Origin: Pseudomonas aeruginosa PAO1
GTDB taxonomy: Bacteria; Pseudomonadota; Gammaproteobacteria; Pseudomonadales; Pseudomonadaceae
NCBI RefSeq assembly: GCF_000006765.1
Contig: NC_002516.2
Direction: 5' to 3' (one strand)
DNA length: 64,000 bases
This document shows, one piece after another, positions 48,833-58,461 of the stretch. A program made the translations under genes and the position numbers. Positions within the stretch are counted from its first letter, which is position 1, and each line of letters starts with the position of its first letter. The notes under the pieces are model-generated. The model did not search any database. It was not told the DNA's origin and saw only the letters and a list, made by a program, of their open reading frames with translations.

Positions 48833-48987
48833 ACCGCTGCGGCCGCCGGGTGCGGCCGGCCTCCCTAGCGCCGGCAGCGGAAACGACTGTCGGTCGGCTG
48901 GCCGACGCTTCGATTGACAGGCCGGGGGCAATGCCCTTTCATGGCGACGCCCAAGAAAACACCTGGCCAAACAGTCGAGCCTCGCCC

Positions 48988-49920
48988 ATGTCCCTTGCCT
49001 CCAAGCTTCCCCGTTTCCGCTGGCTGCTGCCGGCGTTCGTCGTGCTCGTCGGCGTGGTGCTGACCATCGTCATGCATTGGGACGATCGCGCCGGCCTTTG
49101 GTGGAAGGAAAGCCAGGCCAGCCAGCAGCAGCGCGACGAAAGCATCTGGCTGCCGGGCTATCGGGTGGTGATCGACGCCAAGCCGTTGCAGGGCCTGGAG
49201 GAGGAAGAAACCTCGGACCTGGCCTACAACCCGGCAACCAGGACCCTGTTCACCGTTACCGGCAAGCGGCCGCTGCTGGTGGAGCTGTCGCTCACCGGCG
49301 ACGTGCTGCGCACCATCCCGCTGCTCGGCCTGAGCAATCCCGAAGGCGTGGCGGTGCTGGAGAACGGCAACGTCGCGGTGACCGACGAGCGCCGCAATAC
49401 CCTGACCATCTTCCATGTCGACCCGCAGACCGCCGAGCTGAGCACCAAGAGCCTGGCCGAATTCCCGCTGGGCAATATTGGCAAGAAGAACAAGGGCTTC
49501 GAGGGCATCGCCTGGGATCCGCGCCAGCAGCGTCTGTTGCTGAGCAAGGAGCGCGATCCGATGACCCTGTTCAGCTGGAAGAGCGACGGCGGGCCGAGCC
49601 TGAGCGGGGCGATGACCGCGCTACCGAGCGACGACCTGTACATGCGCAACGTCTCGGCCCTCAGCGTCGACCCGCGTACCGGCCATACCCTGGTGCTGTC
49701 GGCCGAATCGCATCTGCTGCTGGAGCTGGACGAGAAGGGCGAGCCGGTCAGCTTCATCAGCCTGCTCGGCGGCTTCAACGGCCTGGACAGCAAGATCCCG
49801 CGCGCCGAAGGGGTGGCCATCGACGACGAGGGCACCATCTACATGGTCAGCGAGCCGAACCTGTTCTACGTGTTCCGCAAGAAGAGCGGCGAGCGCCTGG
49901 CCACCAGCGACGCCGATTAA
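48988..49920 (+). CDS. SdiA-regulated/YjiK-like beta-propeller, paralog of carP
   Basis: N-terminal TM; SIWLPGY, NPEGV, KGFEGIAWD, AEGVAID, VSEPNLFY. Confidence 0.88.
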   Translation: MSLASKLPRFRWLLPAFVVLVGVVLTIVMHWDDRAGLWWKESQASQQQRDESIWLPGYRVVIDAKPLQGLEEEETSDLAYNPATRTLFTVTGKRPLLVELSLTGDVLRTIPLLGLSNPEGVAVLENGNVAVTDERRNTLTIFHVDPQTAELSTKSLAEFPLGNIGKKNKGFEGIAWDPRQQRLLLSKERDPMTLFSWKSDGGPSLSGAMTALPSDDLYMRNVSALSVDPRTGHTLVLSAESHLLLELDEKGEPVSFISLLGGFNGLDSKIPRAEGVAIDDEGTIYMVSEPNLFYVFRKKSGERLATSDAD

Positions 49921-49948
49921 GCCTGGTTTCAGCAAGGCTTCGTAGCCT
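49917..49948 (+). promoter_or_regulatory. CarR/BqsR-type box plus -10 element upstream of carO
   Basis: TTAAG-N6-TTCAG (49917-32), -10 TAGCCT (49943-48); same layout upstream of carP. Confidence 0.75.
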
Positions 49949-49981
49949 GGACCCATCGAAACCAACTACGAGGCGTTACCC

Positions 49982-50332
49982 ATGAAACTTCGTCACCTGC
50001 CCCTCATCGCTGCCATCGGCCTGTTCTCCACCGTCACCCTGGCCGCCGGCTATACCGGCCCGGGCGCTACCCCGACCACCACCACGGTGAAGGCCGCGCT
50101 GGAAGCCGCCGACGACACCCCGGTGGTCCTCCAGGGCACCATCGTCAAGCGCATCAAGGGCGACATCTACGAGTTCCGCGATGCCACCGGCAGCATGAAG
50201 GTGGAGATCGACGACGAAGACTTCCCGCCGATGGAAATCAACGACAAGACCCGGGTCAAGCTGACCGGCGAAGTCGACCGCGACCTGGTCGGCCGCGAGA
50301 TCGACGTCGAGTTCGTCGAAGTGATCAAGTAA
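49982..50332 (+). CDS. carO: periplasmic OB-fold (BOF) protein
   Basis: 116 aa; signal peptide; GYTGPG, DDTPVVLQG, YEFRDATG, VEIDDE. Confidence 0.9.
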   Translation: MKLRHLPLIAAIGLFSTVTLAAGYTGPGATPTTTTVKAALEAADDTPVVLQGTIVKRIKGDIYEFRDATGSMKVEIDDEDFPPMEINDKTRVKLTGEVDRDLVGREIDVEFVEVIK

Positions 50333-50342
50333 GGCCCTGAAT

Positions 50343-50382
50343 CGAAACGGCCCGCCTCCCGGAAGAGAGGCGGGCCGTTTCG
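50343..50382. terminator. terminator hairpin between carO and the deacetylase gene
   Basis: CGAAACGGCCCGCCTC-N8-GAGGCGGGCCGTTTCG. Confidence 0.85.
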
Positions 50383-50412
50383 CGTTCCGACCGGGTGAAG
50401 TTGCGGGCGGGC

Positions 50413-51447
50413 TTACCGGTGAACCCCTTCGAAACCCTGTAGCACGTTCACTGCGTTGATCCCGATTTCCTCCACCGCGTAGCCTCCCTCCATCACGAAC
50501 AGCGTGGCCAGGCCGAGCTTGCCGATGGCTTCGCCCATGCGCAGGTAGTCGGGGCTGTCCAGGCGGAACTGGGAAATCGGGTCCTCCTTGAAGGTATCCA
50601 CCCCCAGGGAAACGATCAGGGCGTCCGCCGCATAGGCCTGGATCTGCCGGATCGCCGCCTGCAGCGCCTGGCTCCAGGTCGCCCAGTCGCTGCCGGCCGC
50701 CAGTGGGTAGTTGAAGTTGTAGCCGGTGCCGACGCCGTTGCCCTTCTCGTCGGCGTAGCCGAGGAAATAGGGGTATTCGAAGCGCGGATCGCCGTGGATC
50801 GAGGTGAACAGCACATCGGCGCGGTCGTAGAAGATGTCCTGGGTGCCGTTGCCATGGTGGTAGTCGACGTCGAGGATCGCCACCCGCCCGGCGCCCCGGT
50901 CGAGGAAGGCCTGGGCGGCGATGGCGGCATTGTTGAAGAAGCAATAGCCGCCCATGTAGTCGGCCGCGGCGTGGTGGCCCGGCGGGCGACAGAGCGAAAA
51001 TACCGAGCGCGCGCCGTTGGCGAGTTCGGACTGGCCGCTGAGGGCGACGTTGGCCGAACTGGTGATCGCCTGCCAGGTCCCGGCGGTGATCGGCGCGCCG
51101 GCGTCGAAGGAGTAGTAGCCGAGGCGACCGTCGATGTTGTCCGGCTCCGTCTGCCGCAGGCGCCGGGTCGGCCAGGCGATCGGCAGCATGTCGTGGCTGC
51201 GGCCGGTGGCCAGCCAGTCCTGCCAGGCGTTCTGCAGGAAACGCACGAAACCCTCGCTGTGCACCCGGCGGATCGGTTCCAGGCCGAAGTCGCGCGGTGC
51301 GCGGACTTCGCCGAGGCCGACGGCCTTCACGCGGTCGAGGACCATGTCGGCGCGGCTGGGTTTTTCGAAGCAGGGGGTGAACTGGCCGCCGATCAGTTCG
51401 TGCCGGCCGTGGTGCAGGCGATGGTCGTCGCTGTAGATGGTCAGCAT
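50413..51447 (-). CDS. aphB: acetylpolyamine amidohydrolase (HDAC family)
   Basis: RPPGHHA, GGYCFFNN, LDVDYHHGNGTQ, SLGVD, MEGGY; symbol from recall of PA0321. Confidence 0.88.
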   Translation of the reverse strand: MLTIYSDDHRLHHGRHELIGGQFTPCFEKPSRADMVLDRVKAVGLGEVRAPRDFGLEPIRRVHSEGFVRFLQNAWQDWLATGRSHDMLPIAWPTRRLRQTEPDNIDGRLGYYSFDAGAPITAGTWQAITSSANVALSGQSELANGARSVFSLCRPPGHHAAADYMGGYCFFNNAAIAAQAFLDRGAGRVAILDVDYHHGNGTQDIFYDRADVLFTSIHGDPRFEYPYFLGYADEKGNGVGTGYNFNYPLAAGSDWATWSQALQAAIRQIQAYAADALIVSLGVDTFKEDPISQFRLDSPDYLRMGEAIGKLGLATLFVMEGGYAVEEIGINAVNVLQGFEGVHR

Positions 51448-51462
51448 GTCGGGCTCCCGGGC

Positions 51463-52857
51463 TCAGTTCTGTTCGGAGAAGGTCACGGTCGGCGCCTTGC
51501 GGCGGAAACCGCCGGTATGCAACGCCAGGTAGGCGAGGCCGGCGGCGAACCAGGTCAGGCCGATCACCAGGGTCAGCGCCGAGAGGCTGGTCCACAGCCA
51601 CAGGGTCAGGCCCAGGCCGATGGCCGGCACCAGCCCGTAGCGCAGCAGGTCGCGCGGGGCGCGGCGGCCGTCGAGCAGCAGGTAGCTGCGGATCACCGCC
51701 AGGTTCACCGCGGAGAACGCCACCAGCGCGCCGAAGCTGATCATCGAGGCCAGGGTGGTGAGGTCGATGACCACCGCCAGCAGGGAAATCACCGAGACCA
51801 CCAGGATCGCGATCACTGGCGTCTTGAAGCGCTCCGAGAGGCTGCCGAACACGCGCCGCGGCAGGATGCCGTCGCGGCCCATGCTGTAGAGGATGCGCGA
51901 CACCGAGGCCTGCGAGGCCAGCGCCGAGCCGGCGGCGCCGGCGACGTAGGCGGCGGTGAAGAAGCTGGCGAGGAACTTGCCGCCGGCCGCCAGCATCACT
52001 TCGTTGGCCGCCGACTCGGCGTCCTGGAATACGCTGCCGGGGAACACCAGTTGGCTGAAGACCGCCAGCACGGTGAACAGCAGGCCGGCGCCGACCGTGG
52101 TGATGACGATGGCGCGCGGGATGTCGCGTTGCGGGTCGCGGGTTTCCTCGGCCAGGGTCGAGACCGCGTCGAAGCCGAGGAACGACAGGCACAGCACCGC
52201 CGCGCCGGCCATCAACGGGGCGAAGCCCGGCTGGCTGCCGTCGCCGACGAAGGGCAGGCTCAGGTCCAGCGAGGGGATGCCGGCCAGGTGCTTGACCGCC
52301 ATGGCGACGAACACCACGGCGAAGACGAACTGGGCGCCGACGATCACGTTGCTCATGCCGGCCACCGAGCTGATGCCGATCACGTTGAGCACGGTGACCA
52401 GGCCGATCGCCGCGAGCACGAAGACCCAGGCCGGCACCATCGGGAAGGCGATGTTGAGGAACAGGCCGATGAGCAGGTAGTTGATCATCGGCAGGAACAG
52501 GTAGTCGAGCAGCAGCGACCAGCCGGCGAGGAAGCCGACGCAGGGGCCGAAGCTGAGGCTGGTATAGGAATAGGCCGAGCCGGCGATGGGATATTTCTTC
52601 ACCATGAAGCTGTAGGAAAAGGCGGTGAAGAGCATCGCCGCCAGGGTGATCAGGTAGGCGCTGGCGGTACGACCGCCGGTGATCTCGGTGACTACCCCGT
52701 AGGTGGTGAACATGGTCAGCGGAACCATGTAGACCAGCCCGAAGAAGACCAGGGCGGGAAGCCCGAGGATGCGCCGCAGGCCGGTGCCCTGGGCGCTGTG
52801 GACGTACTCGGGGCGCTTGCCGCCGATGAGGATGCCGTTGTTGCGTTCGCTGGCCAT
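51463..52857 (-). CDS. APC-family amino acid/polyamine permease
   Basis: 12-TM pattern; PIAGSAYSY, FLGFDAVSTLAEE. Confidence 0.92.
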   Translation of the reverse strand: MASERNNGILIGGKRPEYVHSAQGTGLRRILGLPALVFFGLVYMVPLTMFTTYGVVTEITGGRTASAYLITLAAMLFTAFSYSFMVKKYPIAGSAYSYTSLSFGPCVGFLAGWSLLLDYLFLPMINYLLIGLFLNIAFPMVPAWVFVLAAIGLVTVLNVIGISSVAGMSNVIVGAQFVFAVVFVAMAVKHLAGIPSLDLSLPFVGDGSQPGFAPLMAGAAVLCLSFLGFDAVSTLAEETRDPQRDIPRAIVITTVGAGLLFTVLAVFSQLVFPGSVFQDAESAANEVMLAAGGKFLASFFTAAYVAGAAGSALASQASVSRILYSMGRDGILPRRVFGSLSERFKTPVIAILVVSVISLLAVVIDLTTLASMISFGALVAFSAVNLAVIRSYLLLDGRRAPRDLLRYGLVPAIGLGLTLWLWTSLSALTLVIGLTWFAAGLAYLALHTGGFRRKAPTVTFSEQN

Positions 52858-53277
52858 GTTCCGCTCCTCGCGAAATGCCGTATCGATCCCGCAGGCGGCC
52901 GCTTGGGCGGACCTTTCCTGCGCCGGGTGAATGGACGGGCTAGTGGAAAACCGCTGGGGTTTCCGCCGGGTCGGTGGAAATGGCAGTGACGAGAGGGCGC
53001 GCGGCGTGTGCGGGCACGGGCGTTGGGGCGTCGATAGTGTTCATGGCGTTCTCAGGAAGCGTTCTTGTTGGATTTCTAGCTCGCGGTCGCGAGGTTCCCT
53101 TGGGCTCTGCCGGCGCCGTTTCCGCGGCTCCGGGCGACCCCTCGAGGAGGGCGCGGTTCGACTCTAGCAATCCGGTTTCGCCGGGGAGAACCCTGTAGAC
53201 GGTCAAAAAGGGATCGAAATGGCCAAGCTGGCTGGCCGGCCAGCGCTGGCGCGAGCTGGCCGCCAGCGCCGCGTCGA

Positions 53278-54321
53278 TCATTTCTTAAGCTTGGTCCAGA
53301 CCTTGCTGCGCAACGCCAGGGCTTTCGGCGAGCAGAGCTTGAACGGCTTCAGGCGGTCGAGCTTGTCCTGCGGGGTGTTGATCGCCGGGTCGTCGAACAG
53401 TGCTTTCTCCATGAATTTCTCCGAGCCGACGATGGCGTTGTTGTACTTGGCGAAGTTGGAGGCGGCGGCGATGTTCTCCGGGCGCATCATCCAGTCGATG
53501 AAGACGTGGGCTTCCTTGACGTTGCTGGCGTCGCGCGGAATCGCGAAGTTGTCGATGAACAGCCGGATGCCTTCCTTCGGATAGACGTATTCGAGGCTGG
53601 CGCGTTGGGCGTGGGCGCGGTGGAAGGCGCCGTTCCACTGCTGGTGCATGGCGACCTCGCCGGCGGCCATGCGCTCGATGGTGCCGTCGCTGTTGTACAT
53701 GGCCAGCGCCGGCTTTTGCCTGAGCAGCAGGTCGAGGACCTTCTGCGCTTCCCTGGCGTCCTCGGTGCATTCGTCGATGCCGAGGTAGTAGGTGGCGGGA
53801 ATGAACAGTTCCTCGATGGAGTTCAGAGCCACCACCTTGCCTTTCAGCTCGGCTGGTGGTTCGAAGAACGGCTTCCAGCTTTCTTCCAGCCTGCCGCCCG
53901 GCACCTTCGCCGTATCGTAGCTGTAGCCGGTGGTGCCCCAGAGATAGGGAATGCTGTAGTCGTGGCCGGGATCGAAGCCAAGGGTCCGGAAGTTTTCCTT
54001 CAGATTGCCCAGGCTCGGCAACTGGCTCTTGTCGAGCTTTTGCAGCAGCCCCTCCTTGACGAATATTTCTATGAAACTGTCCGACGGCACCACCACGTCG
54101 TAGGCGCCGCCACCGGCCTTGAGCTTGGCCAGCAGCGTCTCGTTGCTGTCGTAGGCGTCGAGGGTGGCCTTGATCCCGGTGTCCTTCTCGAACTTCTTCA
54201 GTAACTCCGGCGGGTAGTAGTCCGACCAGTTGGCGAAGTGCAGGGTGCCTTCGGCGCGAGCCTGGCCGCCCAGGGCTAGACCGGCGGCGAAGAGCAGGGT
54301 GAGCGGTGTGCGGTAGGTCAT
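53278..54321 (-). CDS. PotD-like periplasmic binding protein
   Basis: 347 aa from MTYRTP; NWSDY, YDSNE, PYLWGTTG, QWNG. Confidence 0.92.
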   Translation of the reverse strand: MTYRTPLTLLFAAGLALGGQARAEGTLHFANWSDYYPPELLKKFEKDTGIKATLDAYDSNETLLAKLKAGGGAYDVVVPSDSFIEIFVKEGLLQKLDKSQLPSLGNLKENFRTLGFDPGHDYSIPYLWGTTGYSYDTAKVPGGRLEESWKPFFEPPAELKGKVVALNSIEELFIPATYYLGIDECTEDAREAQKVLDLLLRQKPALAMYNSDGTIERMAAGEVAMHQQWNGAFHRAHAQRASLEYVYPKEGIRLFIDNFAIPRDASNVKEAHVFIDWMMRPENIAAASNFAKYNNAIVGSEKFMEKALFDDPAINTPQDKLDRLKPFKLCSPKALALRSKVWTKLKK

Positions 54322-54368
54322 GATGGACTCCTGGCGATCTTCTGTTTTTTCTTCGTGGAGGCAGGTTC

Positions 54369-55157
54369 TCAGCGGCGGCGTTGGCCGAGGTAGTACGACA
54401 GGGCGACGAAGGCGATGGAAATCATGAGGATGATCGAGGAAATCGCATTGATCTTCGGGGATATGCCCATGCGGATGGAACTGAAGATGTACACCGGCAG
54501 GGTGGTTGCGCCGGCGCCGGCGACGAAATAGGTGATGACGAAATCGTCCATCGAGATGATGAACGCGAGCATCGCCCCGGACAGCACGCCGGGCATCAGC
54601 AGCGGCAGGGTGATTTTCCAGAAGGCCTTCCACGGCGAGGCGTAGAGGTCGGCGGCGGCCTCTGCCAGGCGCGGGTCCAGGCCCTCCAGGCGGGCGCGGA
54701 TCGGCAGGTAGGCGAAGGGGATGCAGAACACGATGTGGGCGATGAGGATGGTGAACAACGACAGCTTCAGGCCGATGAAGGAGAAGAACATCAGGGTCGC
54801 CACCGCGGTGACGATCTCCGGCACCAGCAGCGGCAGGCCGAGAACGCCGTTCATCAGGGTCTGCCCGCGGAAGGCGCGACCGCGCATGCCCAGCGCGGCG
54901 AGGGTGGCCAGGACGGTCGAGGCCAGGGTGGCGAGGGTGGCGACGAGCAGCGAGTTCTTCGCCGCGCGGAGGATTTCCGGATCGTTGGCCACCACCGCAT
55001 ACCATTTCAGGCTGAAGCTCTCCCAGAGCGTCGCCGACTGGCCGCTGTTGAAGCTGAGCACTACCAGCACCAGGATCGGGATGTAGAGGAAGGCGAAGAA
55101 CAGCCAGGCGGCCTGGCGCACGCCGCTGAAGGTCCAGAGTGGATTGCGGCCGTTCAT
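54369..55157 (-). CDS. PotC-like ABC permease
   Basis: VLSFNS, PEIVTAV, EAAADL, ISMDDF. Confidence 0.92.
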   Translation of the reverse strand: MNGRNPLWTFSGVRQAAWLFFAFLYIPILVLVVLSFNSGQSATLWESFSLKWYAVVANDPEILRAAKNSLLVATLATLASTVLATLAALGMRGRAFRGQTLMNGVLGLPLLVPEIVTAVATLMFFSFIGLKLSLFTILIAHIVFCIPFAYLPIRARLEGLDPRLAEAAADLYASPWKAFWKITLPLLMPGVLSGAMLAFIISMDDFVITYFVAGAGATTLPVYIFSSIRMGISPKINAISSIILMISIAFVALSYYLGQRRR

Positions 55158-56083
55158 GGCTGGCCTCCGCCGGCGTTGGCCCGGAAGCGCAGGTTGTAGA
55201 TCAGCATCGCCAGCAGGACGAAGGCCAGCAGGGCGAACGAAAGGGCGGCGCCGAACGGCCAGTTGTGCGCGGTACCGAATTGCAGCTGGATCAGGTTGCC
55301 GATCATCAGCGCCTTACCGCCGCCGAGCAATTCCGGAATGATGTAGCTGCCCAGGGCCGGGATGAATACCAGGATGCAGCCGGCGACTATCCCCGGCATC
55401 GCCAGCGGCACGATCACCCGGCGCAGCGCTTTCCAGCGGTTGGCGCCGAGGTCGAATGCCGCCTCCACCAGGCGCCAGTCCATCTTTTCCAGGCTGCTGT
55501 AGATCGGCAGCACCATGAACGGCAGGTAGGTATAAAGGAGGCCGATGATCACCGCGTTGTCGGTATAGAGCAGCCCCAGCCCGGTGTCGGTCAGGCCGAT
55601 GCCTTGCAGGCCGGCGTCCACCAGCCCGCCGTTGCGCAGCAGCAGGATCCAGGCGTAGACCCGCACCAGCAGGTTGGTCCAGAACGGCACGGTGACCAGG
55701 AACAGCAGCAGGTTGCGCCGGCGTTCCGGCTGCAACGCCAGGTACAGCGCGGTGGGGAAGCCGAGCGCCAGGCAGCCGAGGGTGGTCAGCAGCGACAGCC
55801 AGAACGAGCGCTGGAAGATGCCCAGGTAGTCGGCGTTGAACACCAGGCTGTCGTCCAGGTCGCGTTCCCAGAGGAAATTGAGGTAGGCCTCCAGGCTGTG
55901 CTGGCCCCATTTCACTCCGCCGTAGTCGCCGGATTGCTGGATCGACACGGCGAACATGATGCCCAGCGGGATCACCAGGAACAGCACCAGCATCAGCATC
56001 GCCGGGCTGCTCAGCAGCAGGCGCCGACGCAGCTGCCGGCGTTCGGCCGACTGTTGCGCGGTAGGTCGGCCGGCGGTGCTCAT
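55154..56083 (-). CDS. PotB-like ABC permease
   Basis: [38 protein letters not shown]. Confidence 0.92.
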   Translation of the reverse strand: MSTAGRPTAQQSAERRQLRRRLLLSSPAMLMLVLFLVIPLGIMFAVSIQQSGDYGGVKWGQHSLEAYLNFLWERDLDDSLVFNADYLGIFQRSFWLSLLTTLGCLALGFPTALYLALQPERRRNLLLFLVTVPFWTNLLVRVYAWILLLRNGGLVDAGLQGIGLTDTGLGLLYTDNAVIIGLLYTYLPFMVLPIYSSLEKMDWRLVEAAFDLGANRWKALRRVIVPLAMPGIVAGCILVFIPALGSYIIPELLGGGKALMIGNLIQLQFGTAHNWPFGAALSFALLAFVLLAMLIYNLRFRANAGGGQP

Positions 56084-57129
56084 TCGGCGAGCACCCGGAT
56101 GGCGGCGGCGGGAATCCGCACCCGCACCTTCGCCCCCGGACTGTGCGGGCAGCGTGCGCCGTCGCGGTTCTGCTGGCGCACGCGGAAGCCCGGCTGTCCG
56201 GCCACGTTCAGGTGGTAGACGGTATCGGTGCCGACATAGACGATGTTTTCCAGCACGCCTTCCAACTGGCCGTCGGCGGCCAGTTCGGTGCGCTCCGGGC
56301 GGATCGCCAAGGTCACAGCGCCGCTGCCCGGGGTCGTCGCGGCCAGCCGCTGGCCGTCCGCCAGGCGCACGCCGTCGGCGTCGGCCTGGCCCTCGAGGAA
56401 GTTGGTTTCGCCGATGAAGTCGGCGACCGCCCGGTTCAGCGGCGCCTCGTAGATGTCGCTGGGCGTGCCGACCTGCAACACCTTGCCCTTGCTCATCACC
56501 GCGATGCGGTCGGACATGGTCAGCGCTTCCTCCTGGTCGTGGGTGACGAAGATGAAGGTGATCCCGGTCTCGTGCTGCAGGCGCTTCAGCTCGATCTGCA
56601 TTTCCTTGCGCAGCTTCAGGTCCAGCGCCGACAGCGACTCGTCGAGCAGCAGCACCTTGGGCCGGCTGGCCAGCGCGCGGGCCAGGGCGATGCGTTGCTG
56701 CTGGCCACCGGACAACTGGTCGGCGCGGCGCTTGCCGACCTCCGGCAGCTTCACCAGGTCGAGCATGCGGCTCACGGTGGCGTCGATCTCGCTGCGCGGG
56801 CGGCCCTGCATCTCCAGGCCGAAGCCGATGTTGTCGGCGACGCTCATGTGCGGGAACAGCGCATAACTCTGGAACACCGTGTTGACCGGGCGGCGGAACG
56901 GCGGCAGGCCTTCCATGTGTTCGCCATAGAGGCGGATGCTGCCGGAACTGGGCTGTTCGAAGCCGGCGATGAGGCGGAGGAGGGTGGTCTTGCCGCAGCC
57001 GGAAGGGCCGAGGAGGGTGAAGAATTCGTTGGCGTGGATATCCAGGGACACATCGTCAAGGGCCTTCAGGCCTTGGCCGGGGGTACCGAATTCCATGCAG
57101 ATCCGCTCGATGGCTATCGCGCTGGTCAT
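56080..57129 (-). CDS. PotA-like ABC ATP-binding protein
   Basis: [31 protein letters not shown]; alternative start at 57141. Confidence 0.93.
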   Translation of the reverse strand: MTSAIAIERICMEFGTPGQGLKALDDVSLDIHANEFFTLLGPSGCGKTTLLRLIAGFEQPSSGSIRLYGEHMEGLPPFRRPVNTVFQSYALFPHMSVADNIGFGLEMQGRPRSEIDATVSRMLDLVKLPEVGKRRADQLSGGQQQRIALARALASRPKVLLLDESLSALDLKLRKEMQIELKRLQHETGITFIFVTHDQEEALTMSDRIAVMSKGKVLQVGTPSDIYEAPLNRAVADFIGETNFLEGQADADGVRLADGQRLAATTPGSGAVTLAIRPERTELAADGQLEGVLENIVYVGTDTVYHLNVAGQPGFRVRQQNRDGARCPHSPGAKVRVRIPAAAIRVLAE

Positions 57130-57370
57130 GCTGAATTCCATGCAGTCAAGCAGTTGTTATTGTTGAGGTTTTGCGGTTTCTGGGGCCCGCTTCACCTGCT
57201 GCGGTTCGATAATGACCGGGGCGCCGCGGGCGCAGAACGATAGATGCGGCCAATAAGGGATCGAACAGGCCAATCTGGTGGCGCTGGAAGAAGACTGCGG
57301 ATGCTCTCTTGTCGTCTCTTTCGGACAGGAAACTCGGACCTGTCCGAGTCTCCCGGGCGGCTGGCTGACT

Positions 57371-57402
57371 TTAAGCTTGGCTTCAGCCTGGAGCCGTAGC
57401 TT
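57371..57402 (+). promoter_or_regulatory. CarR/BqsR-type box plus -10 element upstream of carP
   Basis: TTAAG-N6-TTCAG (57371-86), -10 TAGCTT (57397-402). Confidence 0.75.
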
Positions 57403-57456
57403 GCGTAGGAAAGGTCGGGCGCAGCCCGTTTCCATACAGCGTACAGGCTCTATGCT

Positions 57457-58422
57457 ATGACTATCCACGCCCAAACTCCCGAGCCGTTTTCCATGTCCCG
57501 AGCTTTCACGCCTCGCCGTCTGCTGCTGGCCGTCCTGCTGGTCGCGCTGTCCGCGCTGGTCCTTCTCGGCCAGAGCTTCCGGGTCTTCGACCGGGCCTGG
57601 TTCGCCGTCCAGGAGTGGCGTCACGCCGATGCCTGGAAAGAGCGCTCGATATGGCTGCCGGACTACCGCGTGCGGATCGAGGCGCAGCCCATCGAGGGGT
57701 TGAACGACGACGTTTCCGCGCTGACCTTCGATCCCGACCGGCGCACCCTGTTCACCGTGACCAACCAGCCGGCGCAGATCATCGAGCTGTCCTTGCAGGG
57801 CAAGGTACTGCGGACCATCCCGCTGACCGGCTTCGGCGACGCCGAGGCCATCGAGTACATCAGCCGCGGCGTCTACGTGATCACCGACGAGCGCCAGCAA
57901 CGCCTGGTCAAGGTGCGCCTGGAGGACGACACGCGCTTCATCGACGCTGCCGATGCCCAGCAGCTTTCGCTGGGTATCGGCCTCAACGGCAACAAGGGTT
58001 TCGAAGGGCTAGCTTACGACGCCGAGGGCAAGCGCCTGTTCGTCGCCAAGGAGCGTGACCCGGTGCGCATCTACGAGATCCACGGTTTCCCCCACACCCA
58101 GGCGGACAAACCGTTCGCCGTGCACGTGGTGGACGACCCCGGGCGCGACAAGCGCCTGTTCGTCCGCGACCTGTCCAGTCTGCAGTTCGACGAGGGCACC
58201 GGGCACCTGCTGGCGTTGTCCGACGAGTCGCGTCTGGTAGTCGAGCTGGACACCGACGGCGAGCCGGTCAGCACCCTGTCGCTGCTGCGCGGCATGCACG
58301 GCCTGAAGCGCAGCGTGCCGCAGGCCGAGGGCGTGGCGATGGACGACCGTGGCGTGCTCTACCTGGTCAGCGAGCCGAACCTGTTCTACGTCTTCAGCAA
58401 GGACGAGCCGGCGCAGCCCTGA
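57457..58422 (+). CDS. carP: calcium-regulated beta-propeller protein
   Basis: N-terminal TM; SIWLPDY, DAEAI, KGFEGLAYD, AEGVAMD, VSEPNLFY; alternative start at 57493. Confidence 0.88.
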   Translation: MTIHAQTPEPFSMSRAFTPRRLLLAVLLVALSALVLLGQSFRVFDRAWFAVQEWRHADAWKERSIWLPDYRVRIEAQPIEGLNDDVSALTFDPDRRTLFTVTNQPAQIIELSLQGKVLRTIPLTGFGDAEAIEYISRGVYVITDERQQRLVKVRLEDDTRFIDAADAQQLSLGIGLNGNKGFEGLAYDAEGKRLFVAKERDPVRIYEIHGFPHTQADKPFAVHVVDDPGRDKRLFVRDLSSLQFDEGTGHLLALSDESRLVVELDTDGEPVSTLSLLRGMHGLKRSVPQAEGVAMDDRGVLYLVSEPNLFYVFSKDEPAQP

Positions 58423-58461
58423 CGCGGCCTACGGGGACGGCAGGAGCGTCCCCTGGCCCGC

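Noticed and set aside
53167-53182. sigma54-like site upstream of the APC permease (minus strand)
   Set aside because: Spacing is GG-N12-GC.
52940-53281. 113-aa ORF spanning the gap between the binding protein and the APC permease
   Set aside because: No SD, atypical composition, and it starts within the upstream gene's stop codon; only the last 34 codons were kept as a weak uORF candidate.
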